Assembly (NCBI GenBank): GCA_018675975.1 | Contig: JABGXB010000003.1 | Coordinates: 267,821-331,820, forward strand | Length of the DNA: 64,000 bases | Reading direction: 5' to 3' | Source: Candidatus Woesearchaeota archaeon | GTDB lineage: Archaea > Nanobdellota > Nanobdellia > Woesearchaeales > JABGXB01 | Shown: positions 38,591 to 47,651 of the stretch, piece by piece | Layout: the number at the start of each line of letters is the position of its first letter | How positions within the stretch are numbered: position 1 is the first letter of the stretch | Made by a program: the position numbers and the translations under genes | Notes under the pieces: generated by a model | The model's input: the letters and a program-made list of their open reading frames with translations, nothing else | What the model was told of the DNA's origin: nothing | Database searches by the model: none

Positions 38591-39103
38591 TTAATTCAAT
38601 TTATTACATAAATAATTAAATTCAGTACAGAAAAGTTCCAATCTTTCAATTATTTGATCATTAATAATTTCACTACCACTAATATCATTATATGTTGAAT
38701 AAACAAATCTTGGTAAAATAATACATCTAAAATCTAACATTAAGCTATTTACAAATGATAATGGTGCCATATAAGAACTTGAACCACCTGCAGAACATAA
38801 AATGCCAATTAATTTTTCACTTAAAGATTTTCCTGCAAGTTCAATTACATTTTTTGCTGAGCTATTAATATTATAATTATAAATTGGAAGTGCAAAAATC
38901 ACCCCATCTGCATTTTCAATTTGTTTTTTTAATTCAATTACATTAGTAAATTCATAACATTTCCCTGCATCACACATTGGCAAATCAAAATGAAATAAAT
39001 CGATAAATTCAATATCACAATCTAATCGAGATTTAACATATTTTGCAAGAATTCTACTTTTACTATCTTTATTTAAGCTTGTAGATATAATTAAAACTTT
39101 CAT
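38591..39103 (-). CDS. NAD(P)H-dependent FMN reductase (flavodoxin-like fold)
   Basis: Pattern MKVLIISTSLNKDSKSR...ADGVIFALPIYNYNINSSAKNVIE, typical of the FMN_red family. Confidence 0.7.
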   Translation of the reverse strand: MKVLIISTSLNKDSKSRILAKYVKSRLDCDIEFIDLFHFDLPMCDAGKCYEFTNVIELKKQIENADGVIFALPIYNYNINSSAKNVIELAGKSLSEKLIGILCSAGGSSSYMAPLSFVNSLMLDFRCIILPRFVYSTYNDISGSEIINDQIIERLELFCTEFNYLCNKLN

Positions 39104-39132
39104 AAAATTAGGATATAAATGAAATTTAAAAA

Positions 39133-39915
39133 TTATTTGTTTTTGTAAATTAATTCTTTCATTACTTTTTGAAATTCAATAGCATTTGCTTTGATATTTT
39201 CATAATCATGCCCTGAAATATTATCAATTTCGCCTTTTTCTAATTTCTTTGTAATATCATATAAATGAGAAAAAAAATGTACATGTTTTCCATCAAGTTT
39301 ATTCAAATTTACAAATCTGACTTGTAATAAATCAGGAATTAATTGTGGAAGTCCTGGCATTTCACCAATTTTCATTAAAGCTGCCTGAGATGAATCATAA
39401 CAAGCCCAATATAAATCTACAACTGCATTTATAATTTTTATTGAACTATTATGCATTGCTGCACAACTTTTTTTATAAAATTCGTTTATCATTTCTTCAG
39501 TTCCTTTTATTTTACCATCTTCTAAAAGATATTGTAAAGTCTCAAACATACCTAAATCATAAACTGGATAACCTGTTCTTAATATATTTACTAAAATTGG
39601 ATGACCTTTTTTTGCATAATCCCAAAAATTTGATAATTTTAAGGTTTGTAAATGAATTTTAAAATTAAGTTTTCTCAATATATTTGCAACTACAACCCTA
39701 TATGTTTGTATAAATTCCGCAGTTAATGCATATTTAACATCATCAACAACAATTAAAATATCTATATCACTTTGAGAATCATGATTAATACTCCAATTAT
39801 TTTCAGATATTTTTTTAACATCATATTTTGAATAAGATCCAAAAACTACAATTGTTTTAATAAAATTCTCAAGTTCAGGCAATATTTCTTTAGAAAACGA
39901 AATAGCATAATCCAC
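39133..39915 (-). CDS. Pol-beta-superfamily nucleotidyltransferase with helical (HEPN-like) C-terminal domain
   Basis: NTase motif FGSYSK...SDIDILIVVDD. The C-terminal ~120 aa are predicted helical, but no clear Rx4-6H motif was seen. Confidence 0.65.
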   Translation of the reverse strand: MDYAISFSKEILPELENFIKTIVVFGSYSKYDVKKISENNWSINHDSQSDIDILIVVDDVKYALTAEFIQTYRVVVANILRKLNFKIHLQTLKLSNFWDYAKKGHPILVNILRTGYPVYDLGMFETLQYLLEDGKIKGTEEMINEFYKKSCAAMHNSSIKIINAVVDLYWACYDSSQAALMKIGEMPGLPQLIPDLLQVRFVNLNKLDGKHVHFFSHLYDITKKLEKGEIDNISGHDYENIKANAIEFQKVMKELIYKNK

Positions 39916-40023
39916 TTGCTTATCCGCATAAAATTTTTTATTAGGATGAGAATTTATATCGTATTTGAACTTAATTGGTACACCTCTGATTAAAAAATAG
40001 AATTGTGATTTATAAAATTAAGC

Positions 40024-41961
40024 TTAATTGTTATATTTATTAAAAATAAAAATACCAGAACCTAAAATAAATATACTAAAAAAGATAAAAATATACCAAA
40101 TTATATTAACCATTTTACTATTTGTACTATTTTGAATTTCATTTACAATAATATTGCTATTTAATGAATCTTCATTTGAATTGATATTAATATTATTTAA
40201 TTCTAAATTTAAATTTAATAATTTTTTTTCCATTTCATTTCTTTTTGATTCCATTTCTAAATTAATTTTATCAATCTTATTTTTTAATTCATTATTCATA
40301 TTATTAACATCCTTTGAATTATCAACAATATTTGAATTATCATTTAAGCATTTAATTACATTAATTGAAATTGATTTTTTCAATAATTCATTATTATTTT
40401 TATTAAATGCTTGTAAAATAATATCACGTTCCCCTAATTTATTATTAATATTATAATTAAAACTAAAAGATTGATCATCTCCTTCATCTAAACTAAATTC
40501 TTTATTTAATTCAATATCATCATCAGTTAATTGTAAAGTTAAGTCTTCAATATCTCTACTACCAACATTTACTAAATCTCCATTTATTTTTATACCATTA
40601 AATGAACATAAATCTATTTCTTTTGTATAAAATAAATTATCAATAATTAATTCTTCTCTATCTTTTTTTATTTTTACTCTGATAGTAAAATTTGCTTCAT
40701 GAAAATAACTCTCATTATCCAATACACTAGCATATAAATTGAAATTTGATCTTTCTTCTTTATTATCAAATGGTATTATTGATTCATCAAAATCAATATC
40801 AATAGTTTCACAATCATTTTTTACAATATCTAATTCTTCTTCATCAATATCAATTCTAAACATTTCACCATATAATCTTATATTTTCTAAATCTGTATTT
40901 TTTACATTACAAATTTTAACTTCAGCTGATATTTGATCCCCTACTTTAAAATCATCATCATAGGCTCTACCTGAATTATCAAAACGTTCTTTTTTATCAT
41001 TTCTATGTAATTTTACAAATTCAAATTCAAGTGGATTTTTAGGATTTACATTAATTTTTCCATCAATTGTAATTACTTCATTTAAAACATTTGTTAATTC
41101 TAATTGAAAACTATTTTCACCATAATTTAATTGAGGATTAAAAATAATATCATTAACTTCCAGTCCATTAAATTTCCATTTATAATTTACAATAAAATTA
41201 CTATTTGTTAAATCTAAAAATTGTTCATATAAGTTAAATGAACTTAAATCCTCTTCATTTAAATTAATAGTAATATTATTATTTAATGATAAAAAATCAC
41301 TATGTGTTTTATTTGTTACAATAGTATATATTTTCCCATTAGGAATATTATTACTATCATTTTTTTGAAATAAAACATGCAAATAAAGATTCTTATTTTG
41401 ATAATTAATTAAATCACCATCATTTAAAATAATTGTAAGTTTTTTATCACCGCCTTGATAAAAAGGATAAACATTCCAATCATCTTTATTTAAACCAAAT
41501 TTTTCATAAGTAAAATCATCATTTGAATTTAAAATTAAAGCATTCCATAAAAAATTCATTCCACTATTAATATATCTACTAATCAATTCTGAATATATTA
41601 TTTCATTTGAATCATTAGGTCTATCAATTACATTTATAGTTTCTTGTTTAATTTTATATTGACCTAAACTATTTTTTAAAATAAATGTAATATTATGAAT
41701 TCCACTATTATGATATACATGATTTATATTATTTAAATTATAATGTTTTAATTCATTTGTACCAAAATCAACTATTGAATAATCTAAATTAAAACCGCTT
41801 TGAGTTAAAGTATTTAATGTAAAATTAAAAGGCTCATTTACATAAATAGTTGTAGGTAATTCCACAGTATAATCCATACCATTTTCAAATACACCATTTA
41901 CAGAAATTAAACTAATTGATATAAAAAATATTAAAACTAATAATTTATTTATTATTTTCAT
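40024..41961 (-). CDS. Large surface protein (signal peptide, beta-rich ectodomain, coiled coil, C-terminal TM anchor)
   Basis: N-terminal signal segment LLVLIFFISISLISVNG and C-terminal TM segment IIWYIFIFFSIFILGSGIFIF. It shares a ~150 aa module with the upstream paralog. Confidence 0.6.
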   Translation of the reverse strand: MKIINKLLVLIFFISISLISVNGVFENGMDYTVELPTTIYVNEPFNFTLNTLTQSGFNLDYSIVDFGTNELKHYNLNNINHVYHNSGIHNITFILKNSLGQYKIKQETINVIDRPNDSNEIIYSELISRYINSGMNFLWNALILNSNDDFTYEKFGLNKDDWNVYPFYQGGDKKLTIILNDGDLINYQNKNLYLHVLFQKNDSNNIPNGKIYTIVTNKTHSDFLSLNNNITINLNEEDLSSFNLYEQFLDLTNSNFIVNYKWKFNGLEVNDIIFNPQLNYGENSFQLELTNVLNEVITIDGKINVNPKNPLEFEFVKLHRNDKKERFDNSGRAYDDDFKVGDQISAEVKICNVKNTDLENIRLYGEMFRIDIDEEELDIVKNDCETIDIDFDESIIPFDNKEERSNFNLYASVLDNESYFHEANFTIRVKIKKDREELIIDNLFYTKEIDLCSFNGIKINGDLVNVGSRDIEDLTLQLTDDDIELNKEFSLDEGDDQSFSFNYNINNKLGERDIILQAFNKNNNELLKKSISINVIKCLNDNSNIVDNSKDVNNMNNELKNKIDKINLEMESKRNEMEKKLLNLNLELNNININSNEDSLNSNIIVNEIQNSTNSKMVNIIWYIFIFFSIFILGSGIFIFNKYNN

Positions 41962-41972
41962 TGTACCTCAAT

Positions 41973-44039
41973 TTAAATATAAACTAATAAAATAAGTCCA
42001 AATATTAACATCAATACAACACCAATTGCTATAATTAATAATATTGTTTGTTTTTTTTGTTCTGATTTATTTAAATTATCTTGTAAATCATTATCTAAAT
42101 TTATGTTTTGATTTTCTAATAATAATTTTTTATATTCACTAATAAAATCATCATTATTATTTTCAACACCATTTAATTCATTTAATAATTTTAAATTCTT
42201 TTCATATAAATCTTGATCAGTTTGAATATTATTTGAACAATCATTTAATGAAATATCTAATTCTTTATAGTCAACTATATAATTATCCCTATATACTTCT
42301 GCAAAAAATTTATACTGTCCAATGGATGCAGAATTTGGAAAATTAAAATTTGTGAAAGCACTAAATTCATTATCATTTTTATAATCAATATCGAAATCTT
42401 TTATTGATTCAAAATTGAATTGCTCTGAATAAAATCTAACATGCCCATTTTCATCATTATCACCAATATTAAATATTAATGCAGATAATGAAATTGCTTT
42501 ATTATCAAAACAATTTTGTACTACAGTTGGAGTTACTAAAAATTTTTTGAATAATAAATCATGATTTTTTCTATCTACTTTTAATTTAACTGTAAAATTA
42601 TCTTCTTGAAAATAATCTAAATCATCTCTACCTTCAATATTAATAAACATATTAAATGTTTTATCTTCAGCATCATAAGGAATGTGATCTTTATCAAATT
42701 TAACTGAACGTACTTCACACTCATCTTCTGATAATGTAAAATCTGATTTCTCATCATCATCTAAATCACTACCATCATCAATATCTTTTATTATAGCACT
42801 AATTGCAATATCTTCAATATTAATATCTGAATTACTATCATAATCATTACATACTTTAATTTCTACACTAAAATCTTGACCTGGCTTAATATCTTTTGAA
42901 TATCTTTCTCCACTATTTCTAATTCTATCTGATTTGTCATTAACAATTACTTTTACTCTATCAATTCTTAACATTTTTCTTTGAATCGGTTTAATATCTG
43001 CTTCAATCACTTTACCATTAAAAGATAATTTAATTTCACCCAATAAATCAATATCTATTGGACGACTTGAACTTGCATGAATATTAAATGTTTTATTTTC
43101 TAATTCATTTAATGCAAAATTAGTTTCAAAATTACTATATTCAATAAATGAATCAAAAGAACTAATATCTAAACCAATATTTTCTAAATTTGATTCACCA
43201 GTATTTTTAACAGTGAAATTAAAATCAAATTCAGATTCTAATCCACTAATATTAATTTGAATTTCATTAGGTATAATTGTTAATTCCTGTATTTTTTCTC
43301 TTACTTCAATATTTGAAATTTGATAATTTTTATTAAAATTAAATTCTGACTGATCTACATTTAAATCGTATTTATACAAACCGCTAACTAAATCATTACT
43401 AATAAAAACTTCAAAACTTAAATTTTTCACTTCAGATTTATTTAATAAAATTATTTTCTTTTCAACATCTAAAGGAAAAAAACTTGATGTTTTTAATAAA
43501 TTATTAAAATTAATTTCAACTTGAGTATCATAATTTGATTGACTAATAAATTCAAATTCAATAGTATTTGTTTTACCCTTTACTATTTTTTTTGTTATTG
43601 CCTTTACATCAAATTGTGTATTTCTAGAAATATCTAAACTAATTGGCAATAATGTTTGTTCAGATTTACTATCTGTTGCAATTATTGTCCCATTATATTT
43701 ACCATAAGTAGGATTATTTGATAAATCAATAAAAAAATCAACTGATTTTTGTCCATTAGCATCAAAATTTCCTAATTGTGCATTTACACCATTTAATTCA
43801 ATAGCTAAAAATTCACCATTAGCATTTGATAAAACAAGTCCACTAAGTGCAATATTTACATTTGTTGAATCTAAATTTGTAATTTTAAACTGACTATTAA
43901 CTTTAGATGTTCTAAGTCCATTACTTAAATCACTTAATTCTATACTTTCTTTGTCAAAATTAGGTACTGCATTACTAAATGCTGAAACTAATGTTGCAAA
44001 TATAATCAAAAATGCAAATAAATGCGTTAATTTTTTCAT
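41973..44039 (-). CDS. Large surface protein, paralog of 40024-41961
   Basis: N-terminal signal segment LTHLFAFLIIFATLVSAFS and C-terminal TM segment ILLIIAIGVVLMLIFGLILLVYI. The shared module aligns as KPGQDFSVEIKVCN... against KVGDQISAEVKICN... Confidence 0.6.
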   Translation of the reverse strand: MKKLTHLFAFLIIFATLVSAFSNAVPNFDKESIELSDLSNGLRTSKVNSQFKITNLDSTNVNIALSGLVLSNANGEFLAIELNGVNAQLGNFDANGQKSVDFFIDLSNNPTYGKYNGTIIATDSKSEQTLLPISLDISRNTQFDVKAITKKIVKGKTNTIEFEFISQSNYDTQVEINFNNLLKTSSFFPLDVEKKIILLNKSEVKNLSFEVFISNDLVSGLYKYDLNVDQSEFNFNKNYQISNIEVREKIQELTIIPNEIQINISGLESEFDFNFTVKNTGESNLENIGLDISSFDSFIEYSNFETNFALNELENKTFNIHASSSRPIDIDLLGEIKLSFNGKVIEADIKPIQRKMLRIDRVKVIVNDKSDRIRNSGERYSKDIKPGQDFSVEIKVCNDYDSNSDINIEDIAISAIIKDIDDGSDLDDDEKSDFTLSEDECEVRSVKFDKDHIPYDAEDKTFNMFINIEGRDDLDYFQEDNFTVKLKVDRKNHDLLFKKFLVTPTVVQNCFDNKAISLSALIFNIGDNDENGHVRFYSEQFNFESIKDFDIDYKNDNEFSAFTNFNFPNSASIGQYKFFAEVYRDNYIVDYKELDISLNDCSNNIQTDQDLYEKNLKLLNELNGVENNNDDFISEYKKLLLENQNINLDNDLQDNLNKSEQKKQTILLIIAIGVVLMLIFGLILLVYI

Positions 44040-44191
44040 TCATATCCTCTTATATACATATTTTAAATAATATTACCACAAAGCGGTGACATTTTATAAA
44101 TGTTATCAATTTTAACAAACATTGTTTATAAATGTCAAAAAAGATAAAAAAAGACTAAATTGTTTATAAATAAAATTAAAATAAATTATAT

Positions 44192-44701
44192 TTATTGGGG
44201 CAATTGGTTTAGTTTTTCCATAATAGATGAAAGTTCAGGCTTTTTTTCATAAAATGTATAATTTGCCATTTTCATAAAACTTCTAAAAACATCTAAATTT
44301 TCTATATTTGGACTTCCTAAACTAAAATTATAAATATAATCACTATCCAGTTTTGCGGGTGTTATTACACTTTTGTCATCAATAGAAACTAAATCCAAAT
44401 CATAAGCTCTTGCAACCCCCTGCATATCTCCAATATATTGTTTTAAATCCTCAAAAAAACTATTAACAGAAACTACATTATCAAAAGAATCTAATCTAAC
44501 TTTCGCTGATAAATTCAATCGTAAATTCAATTGATTTCCAAAAAATAATTTATATGCTAATCCACCATTAAACCCAACAAATATCCTTTCAGAAAAATCT
44601 TTGCACTCTTCTTCATCTGCAAATGACGTTTGGTTTAATGCTTGTACAAAATAACCATTTAATATTTCACGTTTATTAAAATCTAATTTTAATTTTTTCA
44701 T
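44192..44701 (-). CDS. Hypothetical protein
   Basis: A 169 aa intact ORF with no recognised family. Confidence 0.5.
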   Translation of the reverse strand: MKKLKLDFNKREILNGYFVQALNQTSFADEEECKDFSERIFVGFNGGLAYKLFFGNQLNLRLNLSAKVRLDSFDNVVSVNSFFEDLKQYIGDMQGVARAYDLDLVSIDDKSVITPAKLDSDYIYNFSLGSPNIENLDVFRSFMKMANYTFYEKKPELSSIMEKLNQLPQ

Positions 44702-44763
44702 TTTAAAAAAAGATTCAATAATTAACTTAAAAATATTGTTCTATATTTGATATACATATTTAA

Positions 44764-45111
44764 TTACATCAAACTAAGTCCTTTTATTACCCTATCAATA
44801 TTTTCTTCAGTATCTGGGCCAAGCCCCATACAAGTCACCGTTCCAGGTTCAACTACAGTTCTTCCTGCATCTGTTATAATTGCAGTTTTAATACCATATT
44901 CATCTGCTGTTGCTTTTAATCGATACAAATCTTTTTCATCATTTACTTTTACAACTACTTTTTTCATACCACTTTGTCTCCATGGTTTTACAATTTTATC
45001 ATTAGATCTCAAAACTGCTTCAACTGCACCATGAGCTACTTGGGCTGCTAATTTACCTTTAGGTAATTTCAAACTTGATATCACTATAATTGCTTGTTTA
45101 TATTCAGTCAT
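44764..45111 (-). CDS. pth2: Peptidyl-tRNA hydrolase, archaeal/eukaryotic type
   Basis: A 115 aa protein with the motifs KLPKGKLAAQVAHGAVEA and TDAGRTVVEPGTVTCMGLGP, characteristic of PTH2. Confidence 0.9.
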   Translation of the reverse strand: MTEYKQAIIVISSLKLPKGKLAAQVAHGAVEAVLRSNDKIVKPWRQSGMKKVVVKVNDEKDLYRLKATADEYGIKTAIITDAGRTVVEPGTVTCMGLGPDTEENIDRVIKGLSLM

Positions 45112-45154
45112 AATAGAAATAATAATTATCTTAATATAAATTTAACCAATTATT

Positions 45155-46759
45155 TTAATGAATTTTAACTACTTCACCAGTTAAAGATCTTAATTGATGT
45201 TTTGTAATTTTCACATCCACTTTTTTATTTAATGGAATTCTTCCTTTAATTCCAACAATTAATGGATACGTACCTAAATGTCTTGCAAAAGTTATATTTC
45301 CATCATAAATTTCAGTAATTAAATTTTTTAAAATTAAACCCTCTGGAGCAATTCGTTTTAACATAGGATTATCAATATTTTGACGAATATCATTTCTCCA
45401 TTTCCAATAATATTTTTGATTACGCTTTGTTTTTGACATTTCTTTTTTCATTTCACTTAATTTTGTCCCACCATAATCTACTACGCGTCTAATATTAATT
45501 CTTCTCAACATTAAACCATCATCATATATTTTTTTTAAACATTTCATATTAATTTCATGTGTTTTTTTAGTTTCACCAGGAAGACCAAATAAAAGATTAA
45601 GTCCAGGCAATAATTTTGGCATACCATTTGGACCTCTTTCAGACCCATATTCATTCACAATTTCAATAGCTTTCATTGTAATTTTTTGTTCACTATTTAA
45701 ATTATTTATTTCAATTATTTTTGGATCAAATGTTTCTGCACCAAATGCTGTTATATTACCCTCTGTAAAATATTTAACTGCAAGTTTTGTAATATCACGA
45801 CCCCATTTATGTTTTACAATAGTCCTTGGACTTACATTATCAATATGAAAATTTTCAATATCAGGACATGCACTCCAAATATCTTTTAATAATGATTCAA
45901 TTTCATCTTTATTTCCACCTTGATACATAAAAAAATCACTTTGTTTTCCTAAACGAAAACTTCTAATACCTAATTTATAAAATTCAACAACTTCATCATA
46001 AATATCTTTTTTTACCCTATGTTCAGTTCTATTTTTTAATGGTTCAGTACAAAAACTACATTTACCTGTTGAACAACCTTTTCCAGTTTCAATTTCAACT
46101 ATAACACGTTTAGGAAAAAGAGGATGTTGTTCTACTATTTTCGAACCTAATAAGCTAACTTCTCTATAATCATCAAAATTATATCTTTGTAAAAATTGAT
46201 CTCCATTATTTATATCTCCATTCGATTCAATTTTTTTAATTAATTCAATTAAATATGGTTCTTTATTTACATGTAAAACAAAATCAAATGAATCAATAAA
46301 ATCATATATTTTTTTATCAATTTTTTTTCCACCCTCGAGTTGAGTACCATGTTCACTTGCAGCAGGACCTGCAAAAATTTTAAAACAATTAAAATAAGAA
46401 GCTAATCTTTCAACTTCATGAATATTTCCAGGTATTGCACTTAAATATTTTCCAGGTACATGAATTCCACAAATAATAATTAATACCTTAGTATTTTTTA
46501 TTATTTTTTCAATTTCATCCAAACTTCTTGTTCTATTATAAATTGAAATATCAGTTTTATGATTTTTTTTTTCCTCACTAATTTCTTTTTTTAATTCAAT
46601 AGTTTTTTTATAATATCTTAAATCATCAACAGTTAAATAATTAGGATTAATTTTATTTTTTATAATTGCACCAGCAATATATCTAGGATAAGTGCCTAAA
46701 AAAGGAGGAACTCCTAAACCCGCCGGTTCATCGGTGTAAAAATCTAATATCGTATACAT
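45155..46759 (-). CDS. Radical SAM protein with N-terminal Rossmann-like domain and C-terminal TRAM-like tail
   Basis: The Cys cluster is GCSTGKCSFC in a radical-SAM core context, followed by LLFGLPGET and the C-terminal VDVKITKHQLRSLTGEVV. I placed the start at the Met of MYTILDFY (46759). The ORF track's alternative start at 46825 would overlap the upstream gene by 32 bp. Confidence 0.8.
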   Translation of the reverse strand: MYTILDFYTDEPAGLGVPPFLGTYPRYIAGAIIKNKINPNYLTVDDLRYYKKTIELKKEISEEKKNHKTDISIYNRTRSLDEIEKIIKNTKVLIIICGIHVPGKYLSAIPGNIHEVERLASYFNCFKIFAGPAASEHGTQLEGGKKIDKKIYDFIDSFDFVLHVNKEPYLIELIKKIESNGDINNGDQFLQRYNFDDYREVSLLGSKIVEQHPLFPKRVIVEIETGKGCSTGKCSFCTEPLKNRTEHRVKKDIYDEVVEFYKLGIRSFRLGKQSDFFMYQGGNKDEIESLLKDIWSACPDIENFHIDNVSPRTIVKHKWGRDITKLAVKYFTEGNITAFGAETFDPKIIEINNLNSEQKITMKAIEIVNEYGSERGPNGMPKLLPGLNLLFGLPGETKKTHEINMKCLKKIYDDGLMLRRINIRRVVDYGGTKLSEMKKEMSKTKRNQKYYWKWRNDIRQNIDNPMLKRIAPEGLILKNLITEIYDGNITFARHLGTYPLIVGIKGRIPLNKKVDVKITKHQLRSLTGEVVKIH

Positions 46760-46793
46760 AAAAGAGTGAAAAATTAAAAGTTTATAAAAATAC

Positions 46794-47003
46794 TCAATAC
46801 CATTTTTTAATATCTTTACATGCAAAAGTCCTATCTGCTTGCTTATTTAAATCATATGCCAGAATACACCATTGTTCTTCTTTATGCCATTCATTAGATA
46901 TAAAAACTATTTTTTTTGGTATTATATTTCTAATCGAAGTTTCACCTCTATAATTAGTATATAATAATTTAACTTTTTTATTTAAATCTATATCTTCCAT
47001 CAT
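46794..47003 (-). CDS. Small protein with WYL-like beta-barrel signature
   Basis: The pattern YRGETSIRNIIPKKIVFISNEWHKEEQWCILAYDLNKQADRTFACKDIKKW follows the WYL-domain layout (R.i.P....W.l.a.D....R.F....I). I moved the start to MMEDID (47003) because a TATA element lies 47015-47031. The ORF track start is 47051. Confidence 0.4.
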   Translation of the reverse strand: MMEDIDLNKKVKLLYTNYRGETSIRNIIPKKIVFISNEWHKEEQWCILAYDLNKQADRTFACKDIKKWY

Positions 47004-47014
47004 AAAAAATAATC

Positions 47015-47031
47015 CTTTATAATTTATAAAG
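47015..47031. promoter_or_regulatory. Palindromic double TATA element (ctttataatttataaag) between divergent genes
   Basis: A 17 bp perfect palindrome made of two back-to-back TATA words. It lies about 20 nt from the minus-strand ATG at 47003 and about 29 nt from the plus-strand ATG at 47052. Confidence 0.45.
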
Positions 47032-47051
47032 TTAAAATACTCAAAAAACAT

Positions 47052-47651
47052 ATGACATATATTGATAATATGATAAGAATTACAAATGAAATCACATTAG
47101 AATTTGAAAAAAATATAATCAAAAAAAAAATCAATTATAATAATATTAATACTGAAAAATTATTAATTTTGTCAAATGAAATGATTCATGATTCAAGTAT
47201 ATATCAAAAAAATATAATTTTAAAATTTTCTACACTAATATATTGTATTGCAAAAATGATTAAAGAACAAAAAAATAAAAAATCAAATAATTTAGAAACC
47301 ATATTTTGTAAATATTATAATAATTTAAAATTAATGTACACTTATTTAAAAAAAAATAATATCAATAAATTTGAAAATAAAATAGTTGAAATTTTTAATT
47401 TAATTTTAAAAAATAATAATAAATTTAATATTTATATTCAAGACATAATTAATTCAACGACAATAAAAAAAGGCTCTAAATTAGTTGATCATGGAATAAG
47501 TATTGAAACAGTTAGTAAAATGACTGGTTTAAATCAATGGGAATTATATAATTATTTAGGTAAAACTAATTTTGAAATAGTATTAGATGAAAAAATACAA
47601 AAAACTCAAAAAAGGCTAGATCATGCTAAAAAAATATTTAATATAAAATGA
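47052..47651 (+). CDS. Protein with C-terminal UPF0175-like HTH (antitoxin-like) and a ~140 aa N-terminal extension
   Basis: The C-terminal segment ISIETVSKMTGLNQWELYNYLGK resembles UPF0175. Its stop overlaps the start of the PIN-like gene (ATGA). Confidence 0.45.
   Translation: MTYIDNMIRITNEITLEFEKNIIKKKINYNNINTEKLLILSNEMIHDSSIYQKNIILKFSTLIYCIAKMIKEQKNKKSNNLETIFCKYYNNLKLMYTYLKKNNINKFENKIVEIFNLILKNNNKFNIYIQDIINSTTIKKGSKLVDHGISIETVSKMTGLNQWELYNYLGKTNFEIVLDEKIQKTQKRLDHAKKIFNIK

Noticed and set aside
39441-40936. Short ORFs at 39441-39662, 40154-40456 and 40739-40936
   Set aside because: They are antisense to the nucleotidyltransferase gene and the 645 aa surface protein gene. Their translations are Leu/Phe/Ser/Ile-rich shadows.
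44747-45034. 95 aa plus-strand ORF
   Set aside because: It is antisense to pth2, which has clear family motifs, so it is a shadow ORF.
46794-47051. Full 85 aa version of the small minus-strand ORF starting at 47051
   Set aside because: That start abuts the divergent ATG at 47052, which leaves no promoter space. The first 16 codons (MFFEYFNFINYKGLFF) cover the palindromic TATA element, so I prefer the internal Met-Met start at 47003.
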